From the NCBI GenBank assembly GCA_021621525.1, contig JAJVUU010000002.1, positions 1 through 55,090 on the forward strand: DNA of 55,090 bases. The letters run 5' to 3'. Below the pieces are notes generated by a model that was not told the DNA's origin, did not search any database, and saw only the letters and a program-made list of their open reading frames with translations. This DNA is from Bacillales bacterium (GTDB lineage Bacteria; Bacillota_I; Bacilli_A; RFN20; CAG-288). Positions 23,097-33,573 of this stretch are shown here, in pieces; positions within the stretch are counted from its first letter, which is position 1, and each line of letters opens with the position of its first letter. The translations under genes were made by a program, and so were the position numbers.

Positions 23097-26000
23097 ATGA
23101 AAAAATCAAAGAAATGTCTTCTTTTGACCATGCTTTTTGTAGGTCTTGTCGGCTGTCAGAGAACAAATGATGTTTCCTCATCTTTACCGAATCGTGGTGA
23201 TTCATCTGATGTGTCAAGTACTTTTCAGTCAACTTCAGGGAAACCTTCTTCGAACACATCAAGCTCGAATGGCCAGGGAGAAGCTTCTTCCAGTAATCCA
23301 CTGAGCGATGAGGAACTCTGGGGAAAGAGCATCAGTCAGGATATGAAGGACCATCTTGGTGTGGTGCTTCCTTATTTCAAGATGGGCAATGCCAAGGATA
23401 TCCATGTTGGATGGCATAGGACAAAGGATGATTATGGTTCATTGAAAATCACCGGCGGAGATTTCTCTTCAGGCCTCCTTGCCAAGGCCAAAAGTACATA
23501 TGCTTCTGCTGGTTATCAGGTCTCTGACCTTTCCAAGGGAATCCTTGCCAAGAAAGGAAATGTCAGTGTCCGCATCCTCGATGAGAAGGATACCATTGTT
23601 TTGAATGCGACCTTGGATGAAGAATATGATGGTCAGGGCTTATCTTCCTGGTCGAATGACATCGAAGAGGATCTGAAGTTCTACTTCTCCAGAAGCAATG
23701 ACCTTCCTTTTTTCTATCTTGGAACAAAGAACAATCATCTGACGGATTTTGATACCCAAAGCAGGACGTATTCCATCTATGGTGGAAAATGGGATGACAG
23801 GATGGTCGATGACATCAAGAAGGAATTGGAAAGCCTGAATGCTTCCCCCGTTGTCAAGAAAGATGACGGAGGTTCTTTTGAAAGCCTGAGTGCCAAGATT
23901 ACCTTTTCCGATAACAGCTTCTATCAGATTGCCCTTGCTCGATATGGAACGTCTATGCCGACTCCTTGTCTTACTGTCACTTATCAGGAAGAGTTCAATC
24001 CATCCCTTTCTACGGCATGGAGTGATGATATCAAAGATGTGTTTTCTTTCTATGGAAGCAAAAAGGTCCTTCCGTATCTCTATTTAGGCAAGACCACGCC
24101 AAGCTATGATAAGCCGGATAACAATTCTTTGATGCGCATCTATGGCGGAAAGTATGATGATAGGATGCTCTCTCTTGCCAAGACTTCCTTTGAAGCTGAC
24201 AACACGGATGGAAGCTTTAAAATCTATGAATATGAAGATAAGCTCATGGCAAGCAAGACTTATTCAGATGGTGGAACCTATACCTGCATTTTAAAAGAAG
24301 TCAATGGCTATGCAGAGCTTGATATCGTCTATTATGGGAAGCTTGTAACTTTTGCTGCGACTTCATGGAATAGCGATACGCTTGCATTGATGAACGAACA
24401 TCTGGATGGGCATGCCTCGGAGTTTCCCTATGTCTATCTTCACACCGAAGGGTATAAGTCACAATATGATGAAGGAAACGATCTTGTCAGGATCACGGGA
24501 ACGAATTTCAATGAGTCGATGATCGATATTCTTGTCAGTCAGCTTTCCGGTTGGACAATCACCTATTCCTGTGAAACCTATGGAAGAGGCATCCATGCAA
24601 GCAAGGAACTCTCTGATGCATGCTTGCTCTCCCTTGACATGAAGGCAGGGAAGGATGCTACCTCTGCCAAGATTGAATTCGGCTGCCATGAAGGATTCCA
24701 TCCTGTTGAGGATGGAAGCTGGTCTGAAGATGTCCAAGACGAGATGAAGGACAAGCTTGGCGGAACTGTCCTTCCTTATTTCTATCTTGGTGCAAGAAAT
24801 CCTTCCATCGACAGGATGTCTGGTACCAACAAGGTTGTCTTATATGGAAAAGTATGGGATGATTCCATACCATCCATTGTTCTTGAAGCTCTGAAGGATG
24901 GTTTTTCAGGATATCGTTTAAAATCCAATGACAGTGAATCTTCTTCGTATCTTCTTGACCTCACTTTTTCTGACGAAAGGACAGATGAAATCAATCTGAC
25001 ACTGAAAAAGGATTTTGACGGATATGCTATCTGCAGCATCACTTATAAGAAAGCCTTCATCGTGCCTGAAAACGGAGACTGGTCCGATGCCATCAAGGCA
25101 AGGATGAATACAGCCTTTGGTGAAGTCCTTCCCTATTTCTATCTCAACAGCGAGAATCCGTACTGGACAAAGGATTCCTTCCTGGAAGTCTATTACCTTA
25201 TGGGAAATACCTATAACGAGAAGATGGAGACTCTTTTTGATGACGTCTTTTCTTCCGAGAAGGGCTGGGAAGTCTTTTCGGGTATCTCTTCAGGAAAGAC
25301 GGCAGTCAAGATGCTCTCTGATTCTTCTTCCATCCGTATCAGGCTTGACAAGGCAAACAACGGAAATGCCATTCTCTATATGGAAAAGGATGATGCAGTG
25401 ACCTTGACGAAATCCTCCTGGGATGAGAGCACGCTCACTCAGCTTGAGTCCTATCTGGGCAAGGACAACGTTCTTCCCTATCTTGAACTTGGTGTAGACA
25501 ACCTTTCCTTCAGCGAGAAGAAGTCTTATCTATTTGCCAATCAGGAACCTTCCAAGACCGTCAGCCTGAGTGATTATAATCATCTCTATACTTATCTAGC
25601 CTCTCAGACGTTGAAGAAAGACGGATGGAAGGTGACCTATTCGGCCTTGGAAGTCGAAAACAAAGGAAAAAATGTCTATGCTCCTCTTCTTCTTGCCAGC
25701 AAGAAGAATGCCGACAAGACCGTGACGAACTTCAACATCGTTCCTCAGAGCAACACGTCTGTCTCCATCTATCTCTATCGTAACGGAACACCGTTCGATC
25801 CATCTTCTTCCTTCTCTTATTCTGATGAAGTCAAGTCGGCCATCTCATCCCTGCTTGGTGACTCTTCCTTTGATTTCCCGTATGTCTATCTGGGAAGCGA
25901 CAACCTGAAGATGACAAAGACGGCAGAAAAGATTTCCCTCTATGGTGGAACCTGGGATGATTCGATTCTCTCCTCTTTGACATCTTCTTCCTGCTTTGCT

Positions 26001-26171
26001 GACGGAGACTGGATCTATGAAGCCAAAGACGGTGTCTTCTCTGCTCATCTTGCAAAGCTGATTGGAGGCACTCAGGATATCTATGTCCAGGTCTATAAGG
26101 CAGACAGTGGTGAGAACTACTATGGCATGGAACTTCCTCTGATGGTCATTTCCAAGAAACCTCTCAAATGA
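23097..26171 (+). CDS. 1024-aa surface lipoprotein made of eight tandem ~110-135-aa modules of unknown function
   Basis: Signal peptide with lipobox MLFVGLVGC and a Ser-rich linker. The module signature W(S/D)x(D/E)..x8-12..LPYFYLG ... (I/L)YGGKWDD recurs 8 times (LPYFKMG, LPFFYLG, LPYLYLG, FPYVYLH, LPYFYLG, LPYFYLN, LPYLELG, FPYVYLG). Confidence 0.8.
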   Translation: MKKSKKCLLLTMLFVGLVGCQRTNDVSSSLPNRGDSSDVSSTFQSTSGKPSSNTSSSNGQGEASSSNPLSDEELWGKSISQDMKDHLGVVLPYFKMGNAKDIHVGWHRTKDDYGSLKITGGDFSSGLLAKAKSTYASAGYQVSDLSKGILAKKGNVSVRILDEKDTIVLNATLDEEYDGQGLSSWSNDIEEDLKFYFSRSNDLPFFYLGTKNNHLTDFDTQSRTYSIYGGKWDDRMVDDIKKELESLNASPVVKKDDGGSFESLSAKITFSDNSFYQIALARYGTSMPTPCLTVTYQEEFNPSLSTAWSDDIKDVFSFYGSKKVLPYLYLGKTTPSYDKPDNNSLMRIYGGKYDDRMLSLAKTSFEADNTDGSFKIYEYEDKLMASKTYSDGGTYTCILKEVNGYAELDIVYYGKLVTFAATSWNSDTLALMNEHLDGHASEFPYVYLHTEGYKSQYDEGNDLVRITGTNFNESMIDILVSQLSGWTITYSCETYGRGIHASKELSDACLLSLDMKAGKDATSAKIEFGCHEGFHPVEDGSWSEDVQDEMKDKLGGTVLPYFYLGARNPSIDRMSGTNKVVLYGKVWDDSIPSIVLEALKDGFSGYRLKSNDSESSSYLLDLTFSDERTDEINLTLKKDFDGYAICSITYKKAFIVPENGDWSDAIKARMNTAFGEVLPYFYLNSENPYWTKDSFLEVYYLMGNTYNEKMETLFDDVFSSEKGWEVFSGISSGKTAVKMLSDSSSIRIRLDKANNGNAILYMEKDDAVTLTKSSWDESTLTQLESYLGKDNVLPYLELGVDNLSFSEKKSYLFANQEPSKTVSLSDYNHLYTYLASQTLKKDGWKVTYSALEVENKGKNVYAPLLLASKKNADKTVTNFNIVPQSNTSVSIYLYRNGTPFDPSSSFSYSDEVKSAISSLLGDSSFDFPYVYLGSDNLKMTKTAEKISLYGGTWDDSILSSLTSSSCFADGDWIYEAKDGVFSAHLAKLIGGTQDIYVQVYKADSGENYYGMELPLMVISKKPLK

Positions 26172-26176
26172 TATTT

Positions 26177-26211
26177 TCCCTGATGTCCGATGGATGTCAG
26201 GGAGTTTTTTT
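26177..26211 (+). terminator. strong intrinsic terminator
   Basis: 12-bp stem TCCCTGATGTCC-GAT-GGATGTCAGGGA with two G.U pairs, followed by GTTTTTTT. Confidence 0.8.
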
Positions 26212-26295
26212 GAAAGAAATACGGTGTAGGATTGGATTTTCGAATTCCTGTTTGAAAGAGATGATGTCACCATCATCTAAAAATGCTGCCATCCT

Positions 26296-27004
26296 TTGTT
26301 TGGCATCTTCAAAAGGATCAATAGGAAGGCAGCCTTTTCTGACATTGAAAACACCCTTTCGGCTTTGAAGAGAGATCATGTCGATATCCTGCTTCTTCAT
26401 CGTGACGATGGGTCTGTTCCAATCGAAGATATCATCACCTTCATGAATGAGATCGTAAAGAAAGGATATGCAGGTCTATCGGCGTATCCGATTTCACTTC
26501 TGACAGGGTAAGAAAAGCGAACCATTATGCAAAAGCCATGGTATGCAACCATTTCAAGTCAACGAACCGCAGTTCTCTCTTGTTCTCCGCAACAGAGACC
26601 CCTGGCATAACGGGCCTTTAAGCATCACGGGTGAGAGACAGGAGAAGGAACGTCGATTCTATAAAGAGACATGAATCCCATGCCTCTGTTATTCCTCCCT
26701 GGCAGACGGATATCTTTCCGGAAAGGTCAAAAGCGACTCTCCGGACTTCGTAAGAAGTCTCACATCCTTTTCAAGGAGAGGATATGAGAGCAAGTCAAAC
26801 CGCGAGATTCTAAAAAGGGCCGAAGAGCTCAGCCTCAGAAAAGGAGTCTCTCTTCCCAGCCTTGCCCTAAGCTATGTCCTATCTCAGGATTTTTCCAGCG
26901 CATGCATCGTATCTATGTCAACAATAAAGAGAATCAAAGACAACCTACAGGCCTTTGATATATCTTTGTCCGGTGAAGATATCGACTTTCTTCTTCAACG
27001 ATAA
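26296..27004 (+). pseudogene. aldo/keto reductase remnant (5'-truncated, multiple frameshifts)
   Basis: AKR-like peptides sit in different frames: ..TLSALKRDHVDILLLHRDD..PIEDII..MNEIVKKGYA, then ..PFQVNEPQFSL.., ..SSLADGYLSGK.., and the C-terminus LALSYVLSQDFSSACIVSMSTIKRIKDNLQAFDISLSGEDIDFLL. Confidence 0.6.
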
Positions 27005-27005
27005 A

Positions 27006-27032
27006 ACGGATGCCTGATGGCCAGACATCCGT
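27006..27032. terminator. bidirectional terminator hairpin
   Basis: ACGGATG-N13-CATCCGT with T-rich runs on both strands, between the AKR remnant and the convergent GH43 gene. Confidence 0.6.
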
Positions 27033-27047
27033 ATTTCTATTTGTGTT

Positions 27048-28478
27048 TTATTCTTCGAAGTCAAAGGAAAAGAAATCGCATTTTCCCTTGCCGCTGAAAT
27101 ATAAGTATAAGGCACTTCCTTCTCTTCCATGAGGGATATCAAGAGGAATCCTGTCTTCACCTTTCAGTTCAAAGAGGGTGGTCGAAACCTTTCCTTCCCT
27201 TTCATCAAAGGCCAATGAGACACTTCCCTTGAACCTTCCCCTCAGATGAAGGTTGATTCTGCTTGCCTTGGAAAGATCGAAGTATTTGTATCCGATGACA
27301 AGTCCGTCCTGTACATTGTGGATATACTGTGTCTCCTCTTTCTCGTTATCCTTCCTAGCCTGGGTGATGTACGTCTTTGTCAGGCTGTAGAATGGAGGAC
27401 GGAAGAACGGATAGAAGACATTGCCTTCCTTGGGAACAAGGCTTGAGCAGATGCTGCTTGGATATTCACCTTTTCCCAAAAGAGGTACCATGTTCAGCCC
27501 CTGGCTTGTCTTTTCAACCTGTGGGAAGAGACCTTTTTCATCCGGGATGATCCTTTCTGCCATCGCCTGTCTGTCGGTGTTGGTATAGTTGGTATGCCTG
27601 TGATAGAAGATGAAATAGTCGTCATGAACCTTGACGAGGCTTCCATGGTTGTTTCCAAGAGGGTAGAGAGGGTTTTTCCTTCCCTTGTATCCGACATCGC
27701 CGTTTGAGATGAGGACACCCTGGTATGTGAATGGACCCATCGGAGAAGAGGAGGTGGCATAGCATAGTTCATGACCTGCCTGGGATGAGTAGATGAAGTA
27801 ATACTGGTTGAAGAATTTCCTCATGGAGGAGGCTTCAAAGAAGCTGTGGTCAAAGCCCATCTTTCCCTCATTGTCCAAAATGGAAAGAGGCTTTGGTTCA
27901 CCCTTGATGGTGAGCATGTCATTCTCTAGCTCCATCACGAAACTGCCTTGAGGCTTGTGCCTGTGCGGAATCTGAGGGAAGAAGGTCTTTGCACCAAAGC
28001 CGGAATAAAGATAGATTCTCCCGTCGTCATCGATGAAGATGGCAGGGTCGAAGGCAAAGGGGTCTCCTTTTCTCATGCCGTATTCTCCGCCTGAGGAATC
28101 ATGGACATGTCCCAGATAGATGAAGGGGCCTTTGGGTGAAGAAGATACGCACACGGAGATGATGCTGCTCCAGGAATAGGAATAGAAGAGATAGTAGTTT
28201 CCATCGTTTCCTTTTGCGACATCCGGGGCATAGAAATCTCTCCTTCCGTTTTTCGAAAGTGGATCGTCGTTCTTCTTTGGATAGATGACACCTTCATACC
28301 GCCAGGAAGTCAAATCGTCGACAGGGGCAGAATAAGTCACATAGGAATTGTGACAGAAAGGAAACTTGCCAAAACAATCATGGCTTCCATAGACGTAGAG
28401 CCTGTTTTCGAAGACGTGAGGTTCACCGTCGGGAACAAACTCGAAGTTTGGCATGTAGGGGTTGTAAATCTGGTTCAT
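27048..28478 (-). CDS. glycoside hydrolase family 43 (beta-xylosidase / alpha-L-arabinofuranosidase type)
   Basis: Typical cytoplasmic GH43 N-terminus MNQIYNPYMPNFEFVPDGEPHVFENRLYVYGSHD with a later FEASSM block. An AAGGAGGG SD precedes the 28478 ATG. Confidence 0.8.
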   Translation of the reverse strand: MNQIYNPYMPNFEFVPDGEPHVFENRLYVYGSHDCFGKFPFCHNSYVTYSAPVDDLTSWRYEGVIYPKKNDDPLSKNGRRDFYAPDVAKGNDGNYYLFYSYSWSSIISVCVSSSPKGPFIYLGHVHDSSGGEYGMRKGDPFAFDPAIFIDDDGRIYLYSGFGAKTFFPQIPHRHKPQGSFVMELENDMLTIKGEPKPLSILDNEGKMGFDHSFFEASSMRKFFNQYYFIYSSQAGHELCYATSSSPMGPFTYQGVLISNGDVGYKGRKNPLYPLGNNHGSLVKVHDDYFIFYHRHTNYTNTDRQAMAERIIPDEKGLFPQVEKTSQGLNMVPLLGKGEYPSSICSSLVPKEGNVFYPFFRPPFYSLTKTYITQARKDNEKEETQYIHNVQDGLVIGYKYFDLSKASRINLHLRGRFKGSVSLAFDEREGKVSTTLFELKGEDRIPLDIPHGREGSALYLYFSGKGKCDFFSFDFEE

Positions 28479-28598
28479 GATATCAGCCCTCCTTGATATA
28501 TGGATTCTATCAAAAGGGAAGTCCGTGTGGTATGAACATGGCTTAAATTGCATGTTTTAAGGCGTAAATTTAAGAAAAAAGGATGAAAAAGGGAGTTC

Positions 28599-31010
28599 CT
28601 AAATATGGAAGTCTTCTTCCGGAGTCGACTTCAGGATGCGGATCCTCTTTGTTTCGGTACCATACTTCGTCTTTGCGGTGATGCTGAGATATCCGTCCAT
28701 GTCATCCGGCTTTACGATGGCAAGAGCTTTTCCATAGTAGGCGTTGGTCTTCTTGTCAAGATAGCTTCCCTTGTAGTATGGACAGGCATTTCCGAGGCCT
28801 AGAAGGGTGCCGTTTTCGATGTCGGTGATCTCGATATCTTCGTTCTCAAGCCTCTTTGCAGTACCGTTCTTATCGGTGAACCACAGGCGCACATAGGCTA
28901 GGTCATGTCCGCCTCTGAGTGTAGCATTTTCAGGAAACATCCTGAATTCGGTATCTTCGGAAGAAGACATCAATATACAGCTTCCGATTTCCCTTTCCTC
29001 TTTGTCCATGGCGACAGCCTTCAAAGTCCCTTTTTGGTAGTTGATCTTGAAGGAATATAGTCCGTCCGGGTTTCTCTTCTTCTTCTTTTTCTTTCCGATG
29101 AGCTTATCGTTGAGATAGAGCTTGACCTGGTGAGCCTGGGAATAGACTTCTACTTCGGTAGGGTGGCCTTCGTATCCTGGGAAGTCATATGTGTAATGTG
29201 CCCAGGAGAGCTTCCAGCTTGACGGGGAATGTCCTAAGGCGTAGTCTTTGGGTGAGATGACGGCCATGGAGATGACATCCTGCCTGAAGGCTGTCCTGGT
29301 ATATTTCATCTCTGCACATTCGTTTCCCAGGATATCGATGCGTCCGCTTCCGGCAAGAAGCCATCCTGCCTTGTCGTCATAGATTTCCTTGCTTTCCGCA
29401 GCGACCCAGCTTCCGATACCTGCTTCGCCGATATAGTCCCATCCTGCCCAGACGAAGTCTCCGATGATGCGAGGATTGTCCTTGCTCAGCTCATAGAACT
29501 TTCCGGCATCGGCACAGAAGGTCTCGCTTCCGAGAATGAAGCGCTCAGGGTATTTCTTCAGGTCATGCTTATATCGTTTGATGCCATAATTGTATCCGGC
29601 GACATCCATCTTGGCAAAGGCACCCCTTGTCTTCCTGTCAGACTGTGGTAAGGTGGCACCGAACTTCATGAATCCGGCTCCGAGAAGTCCTGCCAGGTTG
29701 TTGAAGAACTCGCTTCCGACGCTTTTCTTTTTCTTGGAAGGCTTGTTCTTGGCAGCCTTCTCTGCCTTCTTGTCGCTATAGACACCGAATCCCCAGCTGA
29801 AGAGGGCGTTGAAGAAGATGTTGATGCCGCATGTCGTCGGCCTTGTGTCATCCAGGGAATGAAGATATCTTGTCATGGTATCGACAAAGTCAATACCCTT
29901 CTTCTGAGAGGTTTCAGCCACTTCATTTCCTTCGGAATAGAGGATGACGCTGGGATGGTTGTAGTCTTTTTCCACCATGTCCTTCAAATCCTTTTCGTAC
30001 CAGTCCAAGGCAAAACCGGCATAGTCATACATCGTCTTGTGGATATACCAGCAGTCTGCATATTCATCCATGACGTACATGCCGTATTTGTCGCAGGCCT
30101 TCAAAAGGGATCTTGAAATCGGATTGTGTGCACTTCTTATGGCATTGTATCCTGCCTCCTTCATGATTCTGATCTTTCTCTCATTGGAAAAGTCATCATC
30201 CACGGCTCCCAGAAGACCATTGTCATGATGGATGCAGCATCCATAGAGGATTTCCCTCTGTCCGTTGATGAGAAGACCTTTTTCTTTGTCAAGTTCGATC
30301 TGCCTTATGCCGAAATGCTCTCTTGCCTCATCCTTTTCAAAGGTCAGGTGTGCTTCATATAGATAGGGATCCTTTCCGCTATAAAGCCTTGCATGATCGA
30401 TGGAAAGTTCCTCGGCAAAGGAAGTGACCCCGCTATATCCTTTCTTCAGGACAACGTTCTTATCGGCATCCAGGATTTCCAAGGTTGCATTCCCCATGCA
30501 GGAAAAATCCGCCTTGACCAGAATCTTCCCCTCTTTATAGTCGGTCGTCTTGATATGGAAGCTTCTTGGAAGGATGTGTTCCTTCTTTAGATGGAAGATG
30601 TGGACGTTCCGGTAGATGCCACTTCCGGTATACCACCTGGAGTTTGGCTGATTGGAGTTGTCAGCGATGACCTTGATGTGGTTTCTTCCTTCGATAAGAA
30701 AGTCGCTTGCATCAAAATAGAAGTCGCTGTATCCATAGGGACGGTAACATGCTTCCTTGCCGTTAAGATACACCCTTGCCCACATATAGACACCTTCGAA
30801 TTCGAAATAGACCTTGTCACCTTCCTCAAGATGGAGGTCAAAGTCTTTTTCATAGATGTATGTGCCTCCGGCAAAATAGGAGATGTTGGCTCCACCTGGA
30901 TTGTCGATGTCCCTCTTCTCTGAAAGCATCGCATCATGGGGAAGGTCGATGACCTTCTTCTTGTCTTCTTCGCCTTTTTTATAAAAAATCCACGAATCAT
31001 TGAATAGCAT
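28599..31010 (-). CDS. glycoside hydrolase family 2 (beta-galactosidase / beta-glucuronidase-like)
   Basis: WIFYK..., sugar-binding domain RVYLNGKE, NAIRSAHNP (N..R..H.P) and the acid/base motif YSEGNE. A GGAGA SD precedes the MLFNDSW start. Confidence 0.8.
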   Translation of the reverse strand: MLFNDSWIFYKKGEEDKKKVIDLPHDAMLSEKRDIDNPGGANISYFAGGTYIYEKDFDLHLEEGDKVYFEFEGVYMWARVYLNGKEACYRPYGYSDFYFDASDFLIEGRNHIKVIADNSNQPNSRWYTGSGIYRNVHIFHLKKEHILPRSFHIKTTDYKEGKILVKADFSCMGNATLEILDADKNVVLKKGYSGVTSFAEELSIDHARLYSGKDPYLYEAHLTFEKDEAREHFGIRQIELDKEKGLLINGQREILYGCCIHHDNGLLGAVDDDFSNERKIRIMKEAGYNAIRSAHNPISRSLLKACDKYGMYVMDEYADCWYIHKTMYDYAGFALDWYEKDLKDMVEKDYNHPSVILYSEGNEVAETSQKKGIDFVDTMTRYLHSLDDTRPTTCGINIFFNALFSWGFGVYSDKKAEKAAKNKPSKKKKSVGSEFFNNLAGLLGAGFMKFGATLPQSDRKTRGAFAKMDVAGYNYGIKRYKHDLKKYPERFILGSETFCADAGKFYELSKDNPRIIGDFVWAGWDYIGEAGIGSWVAAESKEIYDDKAGWLLAGSGRIDILGNECAEMKYTRTAFRQDVISMAVISPKDYALGHSPSSWKLSWAHYTYDFPGYEGHPTEVEVYSQAHQVKLYLNDKLIGKKKKKKRNPDGLYSFKINYQKGTLKAVAMDKEEREIGSCILMSSSEDTEFRMFPENATLRGGHDLAYVRLWFTDKNGTAKRLENEDIEITDIENGTLLGLGNACPYYKGSYLDKKTNAYYGKALAIVKPDDMDGYLSITAKTKYGTETKRIRILKSTPEEDFHI

Positions 31011-31270
31011 GAGAATATCTCCTTCCATATGGACGGAAATATTATAGTTGGAGGAAAAGGGCTTACAAAGAAAAAGACACAAACTGTTTCAGTTTTGACT
31101 TCATTTGCCTAGACAAAAATAGTAAACGTGTTCGAATGTGCTTGCTACTGATGAAAATAGTATAAATCCAATGTCAAATAAGCATGAATGTGAACAACCG
31201 AAAAAATACGATACTTTTTCAAGACCTAGCAATTATAATGAAAGCGAGTACAAGAAAGGAGCCAATCATC

Positions 31271-32416
31271 ATGGCAAATCGTTTCGTTTTGAATGAAATT
31301 TCCTACCACGGACACGGTGCTATCGAAAACATCGTCCCGGAGGCTGTGCAGAGAGGATTCAAGAAAGCCCTCGTCTGCTCTGATCCGTCTTTGGTCAAGT
31401 TCGGCGTCACCAAAAAGGTCACGGACCTTCTTGACAAGGCTGGTCTTGCCTACGAACTCTATACGGACATCAAGCCGAATCCGACCATCGAAAACGTGAC
31501 ACAGGGTGTCAAGGCAGCCAAGGAAGCAAAAGCAGACTTCCTCCTTGCCATCGGCGGTGGTTCTTCCATGGATACCGCCAAGGCTATCGGCATCATCATG
31601 ACGAATCCTGAATTTGCCGATGTCCGTTCTTTGGAAGGTGTCGCACCGACCAAGAAACCGGCCCTTCCGATCTTTGCCGTACCGACCACGGCTGGAACGG
31701 CTGCCGAAGTCACCATCAACTATGTCATCACCGATGTCGAGAAAGTGAGAAAGTTCGTCTGCGTCGATGTCCATGACATCCCTGTCGTCGCCTTCGTCGA
31801 TCCTGACATGATGTCTTCCATGCCAAAAAGCCTCACTGCCTTCACCGGTATGGATGCTTTGACCCATGCCATCGAAGGTTATATCACCAGAGGTGCCTGG
31901 GAGATGTCTGACATGTTCCATATCAAGGCCATCGAAATCATCGGCAAGAGCCTGAGAGCTGCCGTCAACAACGATCCTGATGGAAGAGAACAGATGGCTC
32001 TCGGTCAGTATATCGCCGGTATGGGCTTCTCCAATGTCGGCCTTGGCATCGACCATGCCATGGCTCATACGCTTTCTGCCTATTATGACGTTCCCCACGG
32101 CAAGGCATGCGCCATGCTTCTTCCGATCGCCATGGAATTCAACGCACCGGTGAGCGGAACCAAGTACCGTGACATCGCCATCGCCTTGGGCGTCAAGGAT
32201 GTCGACAAGATGAACCAGGAAGAATATCGCCTTGCAGCCATCAATGCCGTCAAACAGCTTTCCAAGGATGTCGGCATTCCGGAGAAGTGTGCCGAAATCA
32301 AACCTGAAGACCTTGACAATATCTCCAGGGATGCTCTCAAGGATGCCTGCTATCCAGGCAACCCGAGAGAAGCCAGCCAGGAACAGGTCAAGGAACTGTT
32401 CATGAAGCTGATGTAG
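31271..32416 (+). CDS. fucO: lactaldehyde reductase / L-1,2-propanediol oxidoreductase (Fe-dependent ADH)
   Basis: 381 aa, near-colinear with E. coli FucO as I recall it (MANRF.LNE, NPEFADVRSLEG, PTTAGTAAEVTINYVITD, KFVCVD.HDIP, DALTHAIEGYITRGAW, GMGFSNVGLG, GNPREA). Confidence 0.85.
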   Translation: MANRFVLNEISYHGHGAIENIVPEAVQRGFKKALVCSDPSLVKFGVTKKVTDLLDKAGLAYELYTDIKPNPTIENVTQGVKAAKEAKADFLLAIGGGSSMDTAKAIGIIMTNPEFADVRSLEGVAPTKKPALPIFAVPTTAGTAAEVTINYVITDVEKVRKFVCVDVHDIPVVAFVDPDMMSSMPKSLTAFTGMDALTHAIEGYITRGAWEMSDMFHIKAIEIIGKSLRAAVNNDPDGREQMALGQYIAGMGFSNVGLGIDHAMAHTLSAYYDVPHGKACAMLLPIAMEFNAPVSGTKYRDIAIALGVKDVDKMNQEEYRLAAINAVKQLSKDVGIPEKCAEIKPEDLDNISRDALKDACYPGNPREASQEQVKELFMKLM

Positions 32417-32432
32417 AATTGAACCAAAAAAG

Positions 32433-32466
32433 AAGCCGCCTTCTCTTCCGGGAGGCGACTTTTTTA
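32433..32466. terminator. bidirectional intrinsic terminator
   Basis: GC-rich hairpin CGCCTTC..GGGAGGCG flanked by an A-run upstream and TTTTTT downstream, between the convergent fucO and cupin genes. Confidence 0.6.
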
Positions 32467-32790
32467 AAACTGCGGAACGACGCAGAGGAGTATCAAAGGT
32501 TCCTCATCCTCGTTTTTGAAGTGATGGCTGTGACCTAAGGGACAATAGTGAACCTGACCTTCGACAAGCACCTCTTCCTTGCCATCCAGGAAGAAATGGC
32601 CTCTTCCTGACAGGACATAGATGATTTCGGCGCTGTTTTCATGGATGTGTTCACCGCTTGATACGCCTTTTTCGATGACGGACTTGATGATCTTGACCTT
32701 TTTGTCATCCACCATCTTCATCCTGCAGATGCCTTCTCCGTTCTTGAAATGTTCGACTTCCTGCAATTTCAGTTCATTGAAATCAATCAT
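32464..32790 (-). CDS. cupin domain protein (108 aa)
   Basis: Cupin motifs SGEHIHENSAEIIYVLSG and H.CP.GHSH. Confidence 0.7.
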   Translation of the reverse strand: MIDFNELKLQEVEHFKNGEGICRMKMVDDKKVKIIKSVIEKGVSSGEHIHENSAEIIYVLSGRGHFFLDGKEEVLVEGQVHYCPLGHSHHFKNEDEEPLILLCVVPQF

Positions 32791-32864
32791 GATATTACCT
32801 CGTTTGCAATATTATAGCCTGGAAAGTGATCGGATCATCTCTCTTTCTTGTCTTTTGAAGGGTG

Positions 32865-33500
32865 CTAGTAACCGAGTGTCTCTTCGATGAGAAGAACCTG
32901 GATGCGGACAGGCTCATGGCTTCTCCTGGTGATGAGTATGTTGTCGCAGATGCAATCCGGGGATAGGCAGTCCATGCATTTCATACTCTTTCTGCAGGGC
33001 GTGTTCTTATCCAGTCGGACACAGTTTTTCGTAGCGGCGACATTCCTTGCCCTGAGATAGGCTGAGCGTAGGTCTTTCTCAATCTTGTTTGTCCCGGCAA
33101 GGATGACGACCTTCTTAGGTCCATAAAGGAGGTAGGAAAGGCGGTTTCCTCTTCCGTCGATGTTGACTAGCTCCCCTGTCATGCTGATGGCATTGGATGA
33201 CATCAGAAAGACATCCGCATTTGTCATCATGGCATTGAGGTCTTCCCTTTGGATGCTCTTGTCATAGCGGTCGATGAGATGGTATTCCTTTCTCGCCTTC
33301 AGATCCTGATATAGATTCAGGTCTTTTTCAAACGTCATGCTTCCGCCAAAACCGATATGACAACCTTCAAAGAAGATGTTTTTGAATAAATAATTGATGG
33401 CTTGGCTTTTTTCATTGAAAATACAGCAGCCAATCTGTCTTCTTTTGAAATGAAGGATGAGGTCATTCTTTTCTTCATCCGTGAGTTTTGGTTCATCCAT
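32865..33500 (-). CDS. LUD-domain (lactate utilisation protein / DUF162) protein with a Cys-rich C-terminus
   Basis: GFGGSMT, FLMSSNAISMTGELVNIDGRGNR and LLYGPKKVVILAGTNKI match the LUD fold. The tail reads CMDCLSPDCIC. Confidence 0.7.
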   Translation of the reverse strand: MDEPKLTDEEKNDLILHFKRRQIGCCIFNEKSQAINYLFKNIFFEGCHIGFGGSMTFEKDLNLYQDLKARKEYHLIDRYDKSIQREDLNAMMTNADVFLMSSNAISMTGELVNIDGRGNRLSYLLYGPKKVVILAGTNKIEKDLRSAYLRARNVAATKNCVRLDKNTPCRKSMKCMDCLSPDCICDNILITRRSHEPVRIQVLLIEETLGY

Positions 33501-33573
33501 GGCTTTATCTCCCCCCCTTATGATTTTAAAAAATGCTTGTATCAGAATTCAAGCTCCCTTAGAATAAAGGCAA

